IMG/VR virus record: IMGVR_UViG_3300045391_005020
Length of the DNA stretch: 64,000 bases
Source of the DNA: a virus
Lineage: Duplodnaviria; Caudoviricetes
Reading direction: 5' to 3' (one strand)
Shown piece after piece: positions 34,481 to 43,109 of the stretch. A program made the translations under genes and the position numbers. Below the pieces are notes generated by a model. The model was not told where the DNA came from. It saw only the letters and a list, made by a program, of their open reading frames with translations, and made no database searches. Positions within the stretch are counted from its first letter, which is position 1, and each line of letters opens with the position of its first letter.

Positions 34481-34722
34481 GGTTCTTCGTACTCGGCGTC
34501 ATCCAGCATCTGGGCCGCGATCTCTTCGTAGGTGCGGGATCGCGTTGCCACTACCTCGTCGCCTAGAAGGTGATGGCTCTTCGTCACGTCGAACACGACA
34601 CCCTCATGGGTGCAGTTCAGCAGAAGATCCATCCTGTTGTCACAGTCGATATTCCCGACCTGGATCCGGACGTTCTCTATGTCCTTCCAAGTCTGGCCGC
34701 CATCAAGACTGACGTAAGGCAT
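34477..34722 (-). CDS. hypothetical protein
   Basis: GAGGAGG RBS. Confidence 0.65.
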   Translation of the reverse strand: MPYVSLDGGQTWKDIENVRIQVGNIDCDNRMDLLLNCTHEGVVFDVTKSHHLLGDEVVATRSRTYEEIAAQMLDDAEYEEP

Positions 34723-34965
34723 CTATTCCTCCTCGCCGGCGTCAGCGCAATAGAGTCCGACCGCCACGGGGCCGCCTTTCTCCCAGCGCATATCACAAAC
34801 AGCATTGTTGATCTGTGTATTGAGATCCAGGTTGGAGTTCATGCCTGGAATTTTGATGAAATCAGTATCCCAGGTATGATCCGGCCAAAGCCGATAGTAC
34901 TCAACCGTCATGGTTCCGTCGCGATGCTTAGTCTCTCTCTTCTTAGCGCGTGTGCGCTCAGTCAT
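34723..34965 (-). CDS. hypothetical protein
   Basis: AAGGAG RBS at MTERT. Confidence 0.55.
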   Translation of the reverse strand: MTERTRAKKRETKHRDGTMTVEYYRLWPDHTWDTDFIKIPGMNSNLDLNTQINNAVCDMRWEKGGPVAVGLYCADAGEEE

Positions 34966-35266
34966 CCCAGGGCTCCTTCTTCTTAGGCCCGACCGTGAGT
35001 TCGATGCGACCGTTCCGGAGCAGCTCGCGGACGAAATGCAGGGCCGCCCTTCCACCGAAACACCCAGTCTCGTGGGCGAGCATCAGCCGGATGTCCGACG
35101 AATAGTAGTCGGGACCGTCGTCGCCGAGACGCGCGATCACAGACATTCCAAGACACGAAGGGCAGATGTAAACATCGGCGCGCTCGTCGCCTTCCTTATA
35201 CCCACCCAGGAACTCGCACTTGTCGCAGTCGTGATGGAACTTCGGCTCGTATAGCTCGAGATTCAT
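34958..35266 (-). CDS. hypothetical Cys/His protein
   Basis: HDCDKC...DVYIC. Confidence 0.65.
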   Translation of the reverse strand: MNLELYEPKFHHDCDKCEFLGGYKEGDERADVYICPSCLGMSVIARLGDDGPDYYSSDIRLMLAHETGCFGGRAALHFVRELLRNGRIELTVGPKKKEPWDD

Positions 35267-36372
35267 CCCAAGTCCTCCTCGGCTCTAATCAGTTTCGCGA
35301 CCGGGAAACGAGGAACCTGATCCTCTGTGCGGTCGAAGAATTTGACGGTCAGCTTCTTGCCGATGTAATTCTGCTTATACCGGAAGATCGCGGCGCGATC
35401 TTCCATGCTGCACGCCGGCGTGGCGTTGAAGACGGCGTCGGTGAGGTCGTTGCGGCATACGTAGATTCCGCAGCCCTTCATCTTGCCTTCGCCTTCGATC
35501 ACATCCAGGACCTCGAACTCAGCGTCCTGGAAAGTCTTAACCTTCAGGAGCGACTTCGATCTGTAGCCCCACTCGTAGAGAGATCCGGGGAGACGCAGCA
35601 TGGCGCCCTCGAATCCGTCCTGGATGAAGTCACCTTGGTATCCGTACACCTGGTCGAGCTTGTCGACCAGAACTGTCCGGACGCCACGAAGCGCGAACGG
35701 CAGCCCTTTGTCGGACAGGATCAGGCGATCCAATTCGGCAAATCGGCGTTCCCACGGTAGTGAATCATCGCCGTCTATCTGGGGAATGTCGTAGATGTGA
35801 TACTGAATCTCGAGCGACTCCGCCTGTTGACGCTTCACGTGGCTCGTGATGGTCTGGCACGAGAGACCGTGCCGATACAGCTCGCCGTCGAACACCCAGC
35901 CTTTTGGCAGGTGGTCGGCCAACGCCTGCTCGACGTGGGGTAAGCTGTAGGGCTTGCCCGCTCGGCTCATAAGCCTGATCTCGTTGCCGTCCCAGCTCGC
36001 GATGCACCGGACTCCGTCCAGCTTGGGCTGCACGTGTGCCGGGAACACCAAGTCCTTCGGCTTCACCTTCTCGATCGGATGTGCCAGCATCGGAAGAAAC
36101 AGCGGCTCGGCCGCCTCTTCCTTGGTCTCGCTGTATTTGCGCTCCAGCTTGAAGTGCCACATTGCGTTGGCTTCTTGGACAGCTTGTTGTTCCGCGGTGG
36201 TCGCGTTCTTCTTGCCTTGGTTCTTGCCCTGGCACTTCTTGCCGGGCGTGACCTGAAGCTGGCCGCCAACCTGACCGTGCTCGGTGAAGATGGTGTCGCC
36301 TTCGACGAACACGCGCCATTGATGGAGCGCGCCCGTCTTGGCCTTATGGAACAAAACAGGAAATTCACTCAT
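35263..36372 (-). CDS. ATP-dependent DNA ligase with WGR-like N-terminal domain
   Basis: QPKLDGVRC, FDGELY, YHIYD, FEGAMLR, LLKVK, PRFP. Confidence 0.93.
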   Translation of the reverse strand: MSEFPVLFHKAKTGALHQWRVFVEGDTIFTEHGQVGGQLQVTPGKKCQGKNQGKKNATTAEQQAVQEANAMWHFKLERKYSETKEEAAEPLFLPMLAHPIEKVKPKDLVFPAHVQPKLDGVRCIASWDGNEIRLMSRAGKPYSLPHVEQALADHLPKGWVFDGELYRHGLSCQTITSHVKRQQAESLEIQYHIYDIPQIDGDDSLPWERRFAELDRLILSDKGLPFALRGVRTVLVDKLDQVYGYQGDFIQDGFEGAMLRLPGSLYEWGYRSKSLLKVKTFQDAEFEVLDVIEGEGKMKGCGIYVCRNDLTDAVFNATPACSMEDRAAIFRYKQNYIGKKLTVKFFDRTEDQVPRFPVAKLIRAEEDLG

Positions 36373-36896
36373 AGACCAAACTTCTCTTTCAGCCACTTGA
36401 AGTGCCCGATATCGAGGCTGCCATGTGACTCGAACACCACTCCGTCGGCGCGACGGTCATAGGCTTTCCACCAGACCGATCCGCTTGCGTAGACGACGAC
36501 CTTGTCGCCATCGGTGTTCCACTCGGAGTCCTCGTCTTGGTTGCCGTCGCCCGGAGGGAATGAATCGTTCCACTCCTGCTCGAGTTCATCCTCAGAAAAC
36601 CAGGGCTCTGATCCAACATGCGGATATCCGCGAACAATCGGATATCCCCGACTGCGCCAACTCGGGCAGCTGTAGTCGGTGATCTGCGCAGCTCCAACAC
36701 TGACTACGGTCTCATGGAGCTGCAGGATGCGGCGGATCAGCCGTTCATCGACGGTGATGACGCAAAACGATGGCCTCTCGGCGTACTCGTTATTGCAGCT
36801 GACTTGGTCGATCATCGTAAACGGCAGCGACTTCGGCAACCAGGCGTCGGCCTCCGCGGCCGGCGCCTCGTCGCGCATTTTCTGTCGTGCGGACAT
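36369..36896 (-). CDS. hypothetical protein
   Basis: GGAGG RBS, TGATG overlap. Confidence 0.65.
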   Translation of the reverse strand: MSARQKMRDEAPAAEADAWLPKSLPFTMIDQVSCNNEYAERPSFCVITVDERLIRRILQLHETVVSVGAAQITDYSCPSWRSRGYPIVRGYPHVGSEPWFSEDELEQEWNDSFPPGDGNQDEDSEWNTDGDKVVVYASGSVWWKAYDRRADGVVFESHGSLDIGHFKWLKEKFGL

Positions 36897-37174
36897 CAGT
36901 AATCCTCCGGCAACAAGATGGTGGTGACCGAACGATCGGCCTCCGTGATGATCCATATCTCGACTCCGGTCGAGAGGTGATAGACCGACTGGATGCGCTC
37001 GCCGTCCTTGACGGCCGCGTCGTTGCTGGCGGCGTCGTCAGCCGGCACATCGCCCCAGTCGCCACTGCTGTGGCGCCGGATGTATTCGATGGCCGGCTCG
37101 TCGGCTGCCTGCAAGGCCTCGAGGGCAGCGGGCGTTGAAACCCACAAGCCCAATTGGAATTTCGCCGGGTTCAT
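36896..37174 (-). CDS. conserved plasmid/phage hypothetical protein
   Basis: RH..GDWG...WIITEADRSVTTILLPEDY signature. Confidence 0.85.
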   Translation of the reverse strand: MNPAKFQLGLWVSTPAALEALQAADEPAIEYIRRHSSGDWGDVPADDAASNDAAVKDGERIQSVYHLSTGVEIWIITEADRSVTTILLPEDY

Positions 37175-37178
37175 TGGG

Positions 37179-37388
37179 TTACTTCTTGGGTCTGGTCGGT
37201 AGCCAGGCGACAACCCGACAACCGCGCTGTTGGGACAAGACGTTTATGCGTCCTTCGGACTCGCCGGTAAGGGCCTTGAGTTTGTCCATGAAAGCCGAGG
37301 CCTCTTCTTCGGACGGGAAGTCGAACGTATCCTGGCAGCCATGACAGGTCACTAAGTAGTCATGGAGCGATGCGATGGTTGATACCAA
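37179..37388 (-). CDS. hypothetical protein
   Basis: Tiling; start uncertain. Confidence 0.45.
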   Translation of the reverse strand: MVSTIASLHDYLVTCHGCQDTFDFPSEEEASAFMDKLKALTGESEGRINVLSQQRGCRVVAWLPTRPKK

Positions 37389-37396
37389 TCAGCACC

Positions 37397-37594
37397 TCAA
37401 TTCATGGGTTCTTTGTTGAGGGCGACAGGGAGGTCGGCCATCGGGTCGATCACCTCCATATCGAGCGTCTCTCCCCCGATATCCAGTGATTCTGGATCCT
37501 CAGCATCAAGAAAATTATCGATCACGTCTTCCGGGGACTCGGCTTTCACCGCGTAGGTGGTGACCCGTGTTACATCGAGATGATAGGTCTTCAT
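37397..37594 (-). CDS. small VxAxS-type protein
   Basis: YAVKAESPED. Confidence 0.6.
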   Translation of the reverse strand: MKTYHLDVTRVTTYAVKAESPEDVIDNFLDAEDPESLDIGGETLDMEVIDPMADLPVALNKEPMN

Positions 37595-37845
37595 TGCGGT
37601 CCTTCGTACTTGGTGAACCGGTCGTCGCGCGACTGGAGGTGGGACTCGTTGAGGGCGCGGATGGCTTTGCCACCCGTGGTGTTTGGAAGCTCCACGGCCT
37701 CGGCGCTGAGCTCTTTGACATCCTTGGTCTCGTAGAAACCGCCGTGGTCGATAGCGGATCGGGCGAGCTGGACGGCGAGCTCTGGGCTAGGGGCGTCGAG
37801 AACAAACGCATAATCGCGCCTGATTTCGATCATGTAGCGCGCCAT
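37591..37845 (-). CDS. small VxAxS-type protein
   Basis: FVLDAPSPELA; AAGGAG RBS. Confidence 0.6.
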   Translation of the reverse strand: MARYMIEIRRDYAFVLDAPSPELAVQLARSAIDHGGFYETKDVKELSAEAVELPNTTGGKAIRALNESHLQSRDDRFTKYEGPQ

Positions 37846-38009
37846 TACCGCGGACGCTCCTTGACCGTCTCGAGAGCGACGCGGTCTGGCGTGGCGAGAT
37901 AGCGCCGGCGAGCTGAATCGATCAAGTGCAAGTGCGGGTTCAGCCGCTCGGGGTGTTTGACCGCGAGGTCACGGAACTTCGACCGGATGTGGTTGAGAGT
38001 GAGTCGCAT
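37845..38009 (-). CDS. 54-aa basic protein (MRLTLNHIRS...)
   Basis: Read manually; AAGGA RBS; TAATG overlap. Confidence 0.55.
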   Translation of the reverse strand: MRLTLNHIRSKFRDLAVKHPERLNPHLHLIDSARRRYLATPDRVALETVKERPR

Positions 38010-38017
38010 GGGATTCC

Positions 38018-38680
38018 TTAATGATTACGACCTGAACGAACCTGCTTCGCCCGACCTGGGCGACGACGAGGTGCTTTATGGGCGGTGCTCTTGGTCAAAC
38101 GGGTCTGCGATTCCACGCTGGGAAGCGACACCGTGATGACCAGGTGTCGCGGCGTCGTGACAGCAGTCTCGGTTTGTTCGTTGGTTTCGGGGTTGAAGTC
38201 GACGGCCGAAATATCGACGCGCTCGCGCTTCGCCGACACCTTGACGTTGCCTTCTGGAAACTCAGACCTGATCTCTTGCTTGAGCCGAGGGACCAGCTGG
38301 TTGTAGGTGTGACGAGTCAGCGAATCCTGATCCAGGAAATCCTGACGCTTCAGGTTTCCGATCATCTTGTCGTCGAGGTGGCAGCTGATCTTGGTGCCTT
38401 CGCGGCAGCCTTCCTGGCTGATGTCTCGGACGATCGCGAGGGAATCCAGATCGGTCTCGCCGATCGAATATTCCAGAACCAAGCACGTCGCCTTGCCGGC
38501 GTCGAGCGGGATCTCGATGGTCTTGATGTAATCCAGGATCTGCTCGACGGCGTTGTCGACGAACACGCCGAGAATCTGCTTCTGGCGCGCGTTCACGACT
38601 GCCCGGTGAGCCTTGTAGGACGCCATGACCGCCGGCAGTTCGTGCAGTCGGGCGAGCGAGATGGTGAAGTCGCCGCTCAT
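38018..38680 (-). CDS. hypothetical protein
   Basis: 220 aa; ATGA overlap. Confidence 0.7.
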   Translation of the reverse strand: MSGDFTISLARLHELPAVMASYKAHRAVVNARQKQILGVFVDNAVEQILDYIKTIEIPLDAGKATCLVLEYSIGETDLDSLAIVRDISQEGCREGTKISCHLDDKMIGNLKRQDFLDQDSLTRHTYNQLVPRLKQEIRSEFPEGNVKVSAKRERVDISAVDFNPETNEQTETAVTTPRHLVITVSLPSVESQTRLTKSTAHKAPRRRPGRAKQVRSGRNH

Positions 38681-38871
38681 ATGCCATCCGTCAGGGGGTC
38701 GTAGGGTTCTTCCTCGACGTCGATGATGTCGTACTTGTCGTACTCGAGTTCGAAATCTTCCTGCGACAGCTTCCGGTTCTGAAACTTCTCGAAGGCTTCA
38801 TCTTCGTTGCGGGCCACCACTGTCACGGTGGTCTCGGCCGGAACCGATATCCGATACGTGTAGGTGTTCAT
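38677..38871 (-). CDS. small acidic VxAxxxxEA-type protein
   Basis: TVVARNEDEAFEKF. Confidence 0.6.
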   Translation of the reverse strand: MNTYTYRISVPAETTVTVVARNEDEAFEKFQNRKLSQEDFELEYDKYDIIDVEEEPYDPLTDGI

Positions 38872-38873
38872 GG

Positions 38874-39167
38874 TTACCACTCGAAGGTTGGGAGTTCCTC
38901 GATCTCGGGGCCGTCCTGATCGAAGTTGATCAAGCTGCAGCCGTGACCGATTGCGTATCTCACGATGTTGACGAAGTGTTGGCTCATGCCGGCCTGGTCG
39001 GCGTCCTCGCCGAACTGACCGTCTTCGCCCAGGTAGCAGATCCATCCGTACTCGTGCACCGCGAGACGCGGGCCGTAGTCGCCAAACGGATAAGGACCTT
39101 CGAGAATCTTCCGATCCTCGTCGGTCAAATGTGCGGTCGACAGGTCTAGGTACTTCTCGATTGCCAT
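38874..39167 (-). CDS. DUF5983-like protein
   Basis: LDLSTAHLT...GC.LINFD.DG...LPTFEW. Confidence 0.75.
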   Translation of the reverse strand: MAIEKYLDLSTAHLTDEDRKILEGPYPFGDYGPRLAVHEYGWICYLGEDGQFGEDADQAGMSQHFVNIVRYAIGHGCSLINFDQDGPEIEELPTFEW

Positions 39168-39235
39168 GGAATCTCCAGAGGATGGATCGCTCCGGATCCC
39201 CGGGCCCTTGCGGACCCGGGGTTTCCTTGGCGCGA

Positions 39236-40246
39236 TCAGTAGTTGAGCGACAGCGACAGAGCGCCGATGGTTTCACCGGTTTCCGTGCTGTGGTAGACAT
39301 CGAAGCCTACGCACGACATCGAGATACCGGCTTCAGCCCAAAGGCCGCGTTCAGCGCGAGCAGCCTGTTCGGCCAGGTCGCTACGATACTCGCCATCGCG
39401 GATCTGCTGACGCAGGCCGCCATGAAGCGAGAGGTTGTGATCGATGGCCAGATTCTCACGAGCGCCCAAATCAACCGCGGCATTGACCTGCGTATTCAGC
39501 ACGCCGGTGGCGTACAGTTCGCTGGTCAGGGCGCTGTTGTGATGGAAGCGGCGCGAGGCGGTAAGGTACAGCAGGCCGTCCAGACACGCGGAATCATCGT
39601 CCTGACGGAGCACCGAGTTGGTCGTGGTGGTGCTGGTCGTCGTGGTCGAGCTGCCCGGAGTTCCCGGAGTTCCCGCAGTACCAGGAGTTCCCGAAGTACC
39701 CGGGGTGCCGCCGGTGAACGGAGGAGGATTCGCATGACCGGGGAAGCCGTAGTGATGGCCATTGCCAGGGAACGGACGCGGACCAGTGCCCGGAGTACCC
39801 GGAGTTCCCGAAGTGCCCGGAGTTCCCGAAGTGCCCGGAGTCGTAACCGTGTGGCTGGTGGTCCTGGTCGAGCTGATCGTACGAACCGAGGACGAATCAT
39901 CCTGGCTGTAGGTGCCGCCAAGGCCGAAGATCACGGTCGCGTCGCTATCGTTGCGGAAGATGCGGCCGAGCGTGATCGTGTAGGCGTCCAGACTGTCGTC
40001 GTCATTGACGCGATCGAGCTGATGGAGATTCGCGGTCAGGACATACTTCCCGAAGATATGCGAACCGTTGATGCTATTGGTGCGAACTTCACTGTTGTCC
40101 CGGTCAAGACCGAGATCGCTACTCGTCCAGGAAACCACCACAACCGGTAAGGGTGCGGGCTTGGGTGATTCAGGTACGCCGGGTTCCGCCGCGAAAGCGG
40201 CGCCAAACAAGATGGCCAGCGTGGCGAGGAGGGTGACATTACGCAT
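39236..40246 (-). CDS. exported, probable outer-membrane beta-barrel protein with Thr/Pro/Gly-rich insert
   Basis: Signal peptide MRNVTLLATLAILFGAAFA; amphipathic strands; C-terminal LSLSLNY. Confidence 0.65.
   Translation of the reverse strand: MRNVTLLATLAILFGAAFAAEPGVPESPKPAPLPVVVVSWTSSDLGLDRDNSEVRTNSINGSHIFGKYVLTANLHQLDRVNDDDSLDAYTITLGRIFRNDSDATVIFGLGGTYSQDDSSSVRTISSTRTTSHTVTTPGTSGTPGTSGTPGTPGTGPRPFPGNGHHYGFPGHANPPPFTGGTPGTSGTPGTAGTPGTPGSSTTTTSTTTTNSVLRQDDDSACLDGLLYLTASRRFHHNSALTSELYATGVLNTQVNAAVDLGARENLAIDHNLSLHGGLRQQIRDGEYRSDLAEQAARAERGLWAEAGISMSCVGFDVYHSTETGETIGALSLSLNY
39652..39841 (-). repeat. two blocks of 9-nt-period repeats encoding (PGT/SGT)n
   Basis: TPGTSGTPGTSGTPGTPGT ... GTPGTSGTPGTAGTPGTPG. 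Confidence 0.85.
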
Positions 40247-40297
40247 ACGAGATCCTTTACAAAAGGCATTGTTACGAACCAAGGATGGCACGAGCGA

Positions 40298-40340
40298 TTT
40301 ATCACTCGGACGTCGTTCGAGTCAAAGCTATTGTCTCGAT
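40298..40340 (-). promoter_or_regulatory. conserved promoter element
   Basis: ATCGAGACAATAGCT-TTGACT; AT-rich GATAAAT at 16 nt. Confidence 0.6.
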
Positions 40341-40415
40341 TGCGGAGGCATCCCGCGGAAGCGGGTGAGACGCTCGTTGTGAGGGTCTCAAGCCAAAGGG
40401 TTTAGGCTGTTCGCC

Positions 40416-40437
40416 AGTCAACCCTATTGTATTGAAT
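40416..40437 (-). promoter_or_regulatory. second tandem copy of promoter element
   Basis: ATTCAATACAATAGGG-TTGACT; -10 unclear. Confidence 0.5.
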
Positions 40438-40443
40438 GGAAAC

Positions 40444-41025
40444 TTATGGTTCCCAGTAGGTGTACCCGACCCAGATCTTCTGGCTGTCGGTCACCTGTGA
40501 TTCGGCCACGCCGGATTCGACGCGGTTTCCGCTCAGGTCGGAACGCCAATCGACGTTCTGGCGGCACCACTCCCGGAAGGAGTCGGTCATCTCGCCGTTG
40601 AGGCTACAGTCGCGCGTCGACTCGACCTCAAGGCCGGTGGTGTCGCGCAGCCACGATGGAACCCAGGTGGACTCGTCGTCCATCATGTGCTCGACAGCCT
40701 GATCCTCGAATTCGCTTTCCATATCCTGGACAGCGCTGGCAGAGGCACGGCTGGTGTATCCTCTCGCGATGATGAACTCGTCACCATCTGGATTGGTCAG
40801 CTCGACAGTGTCGAACCCAGCCTGGCCATAGCCCTCGCTGATGCCCGTCACTTCGGAAGGTTCCCACCCGATGTCGCGAATAATCGCGCGCAGGTGTTCC
40901 CACTCGGGGTTGTCTTCGATGAACTGGGCGACCTCGTCAGGCTCCGGGGCCTCGAGGCCGTCGTCCTCATCATCCTCGATCAATTCAACGTCGTTGTTGT
41001 CGTCTTGAACTTCAGATTCGCTCAT
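40444..41025 (-). CDS. highly acidic hypothetical protein
   Basis: MSESEVQDDNNDVELIEDDEDD; GGAG RBS. Confidence 0.7.
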   Translation of the reverse strand: MSESEVQDDNNDVELIEDDEDDGLEAPEPDEVAQFIEDNPEWEHLRAIIRDIGWEPSEVTGISEGYGQAGFDTVELTNPDGDEFIIARGYTSRASASAVQDMESEFEDQAVEHMMDDESTWVPSWLRDTTGLEVESTRDCSLNGEMTDSFREWCRQNVDWRSDLSGNRVESGVAESQVTDSQKIWVGYTYWEP

Positions 41026-41239
41026 TCTGGTCTCTCCGCTGCAGCGCGGTCTTGAGTGCTTCGATGGATCTGGTGATGCGGGCCCGCTCACAGCGGACGG
41101 CCCACCAGCGTGACAATTCGACGACGACGATCAGCACGCCCGCGATCGCGAAGCCTCGTCCCGTTGGGACCGGGGCCGGGATCAGCAGGTCCATGAGACC
41201 GAAGAGCGCCAGGTAGAGAAGGTAGTTAAGCACCGTCAT
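41012..41239 (-). CDS. small 2-TM protein
   Basis: MTVLNYLLYLALFG. Confidence 0.55.
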   Translation of the reverse strand: MTVLNYLLYLALFGLMDLLIPAPVPTGRGFAIAGVLIVVVELSRWWAVRCERARITRSIEALKTALQRRDQNERI

Positions 41240-41627
41240 GGTTCGGTTCCTCGTGGATTTGGGTGACGTCGACGTCAGGTTCGACATGAAAGCGGATCCG
41301 GAACCCAGGCGGGCTCTGGATTTGAAGTCCTTCCGGATACGGCCGCGGCTGATCGCGCAAACGCGCGAGCAACATTTGGTCGCCGGCTTCGATGGAGGGA
41401 ACCCCGATGGAACCCTCGGGCCACACCAGGCACAGATAGCTCCCGCCGTTGGCATCATGGAATCGCGTTATGGATGCGATCTGGAGTCCGCCAACGTAGT
41501 AGAGCCGCAAGGTATTGGGCCGCGGTGGACGCTTCGGCTTCTCGGGCGCCTTGGGCTTCGGAGCCTCGGGGACCGGCGCCGGCGGAGTCGCAGCCACGCT
41601 CGGGATCAGGTTGGCGGACACTTCCAT
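41226..41627 (-). CDS. hypothetical protein with Pro-rich N-terminus
   Basis: Tiling. Confidence 0.6.
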   Translation of the reverse strand: MEVSANLIPSVAATPPAPVPEAPKPKAPEKPKRPPRPNTLRLYYVGGLQIASITRFHDANGGSYLCLVWPEGSIGVPSIEAGDQMLLARLRDQPRPYPEGLQIQSPPGFRIRFHVEPDVDVTQIHEEPNHDGA

Positions 41628-41628
41628 G

Positions 41629-41892
41629 TCACGCCTGCTGGTTCTTGATGAGCAGCTTCAGTTTCTTGGCATCGCGGTGGAAGGCGTTGATGTCCGTCTG
41701 ATTGCCGGTGTGCGGGATGTGCTTCAGGACCAGTTCGTCCTCGTGGTTCGTCACGAACATCTTCGAGCCGGCGGGTAAGGTGGCCCACTCTTGGCCACAG
41801 TCCTTGTCGGTCGGCATCGGACGCGGGCGATCGCCAATCAATCGGTTCACCGCGCTCACCAAATCTTGTGAGACGACATAGAATTCGCGCAT
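41629..41892 (-). CDS. hypothetical protein
   Basis: GAGGAG RBS. Confidence 0.65.
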   Translation of the reverse strand: MREFYVVSQDLVSAVNRLIGDRPRPMPTDKDCGQEWATLPAGSKMFVTNHEDELVLKHIPHTGNQTDINAFHRDAKKLKLLIKNQQA

Positions 41893-41901
41893 GGCTTCTC
41901 C

Positions 41902-42729
41902 TCAGAATGGGGCTTCGTAGAACTGAACGAACTTCTGAAGCTCAGAGCCGCGGCCCTGGGCAACGCGCCTCATGGTGTCCTCGAACACGGGACCCGTGAA
42001 GCTCGTGGGCGTGTGGCCCATGCAGTGCAAGATGTGGAACAGCAATCCGTACGTATTCAGGACGTCGCACATGCAGTAGTCAGCAACACGCTGATGACCG
42101 TCGGCGGTCTTGAGCATGTCCTGGACCATCGCCCCATCGGTGTCGAGCTTGCCCGGCAATCCGATCAAGCGACTCCAGTAGCTGAGCCCACCACCCACCT
42201 GGGCGCGGGTACTCAGGAACGCGAACAGGTCGATGTGACGCTGATGCGCGAACGCGCCGCGGGGATCTTCCCACGACTTGTTCCCGAACGCGTACCACCG
42301 GCTCAGATCGCAGCCGTTCTCGAGGCCAGCGACTTCCATGAGGGGACAGTCGAAGTGCAGACCGTTGAAATCGACCAGCACCAGATTCTGGTTGGATTCG
42401 TCGTAGGCCGAATTGTAGCAGTTCCAAAACTGCCGCGCATTGGCGGCGTAGTCGGGCTTGTTGTCGATGGTGCGATTCGCGATCACAAGGTGACGCTGGT
42501 ACCGCAACTGTTCATCGACTTGCAGGAGCCCGATCGTATTCGGGACATGGAACCGCGCCGGCGTGAAACACGGCCGATCGTACGACTGGTTCTTCTGATC
42601 GCACAATTCCTTCAGGACGCGATCGACCGCCTGCACCGTACTTTCGCCAGCGCCCAAGACCGGGCGCTCGGTCCGCATGATGCGGTCGTACGCGGTGTCA
42701 GTCTCGGTGTCCCAGATGAGATAGCTCAT
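41902..42729 (-). CDS. stand-alone 3'-5' exonuclease, PolB-exo-related (DEDDy)
   Basis: WDTET, FNGLHFD, HIDL, GLPGK, YCMCDV. Confidence 0.85.
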   Translation of the reverse strand: MSYLIWDTETDTAYDRIMRTERPVLGAGESTVQAVDRVLKELCDQKNQSYDRPCFTPARFHVPNTIGLLQVDEQLRYQRHLVIANRTIDNKPDYAANARQFWNCYNSAYDESNQNLVLVDFNGLHFDCPLMEVAGLENGCDLSRWYAFGNKSWEDPRGAFAHQRHIDLFAFLSTRAQVGGGLSYWSRLIGLPGKLDTDGAMVQDMLKTADGHQRVADYCMCDVLNTYGLLFHILHCMGHTPTSFTGPVFEDTMRRVAQGRGSELQKFVQFYEAPF

Positions 42730-43109
42730 TGGCTTTCCTCGGCGGGTTCCAGACGAGCCATGACTTCCACCAACGCGGCGGACCAGATCTCGTCGACGGT
42801 GATGGCTTGGCCTTGTTTCTGGATCGCGGTGCCAGAGCTGACCAGCGCATCGACCCAGCCCTCAGCGATCTGGTTGTGGCCAGTGCCCGTGTCGGTGATG
42901 CGATAGATCCCGGAGTCCCTGATGGGGCGGCCAGCCGGGTCGTCGCGGTGTCCAACGAGATTCGCCGGCAAACGGTTCAGGAGGCGCTGCGTGGTGAACG
43001 GTGCCGCGCGATCGGGCACGACCACCAGGTATTGGGCTTCAGGGTCGATGGATCTGAATAGCACGGCCGCAATCTCGGCCGTGACGGCTTCGAGTTGGGT
43101 CGGGTTCAT
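42726..43109 (-). CDS. hypothetical protein (MNPTQLEA...)
   Basis: ATGA overlaps. Confidence 0.65.
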   Translation of the reverse strand: MNPTQLEAVTAEIAAVLFRSIDPEAQYLVVVPDRAAPFTTQRLLNRLPANLVGHRDDPAGRPIRDSGIYRITDTGTGHNQIAEGWVDALVSSGTAIQKQGQAITVDEIWSAALVEVMARLEPAEESQ

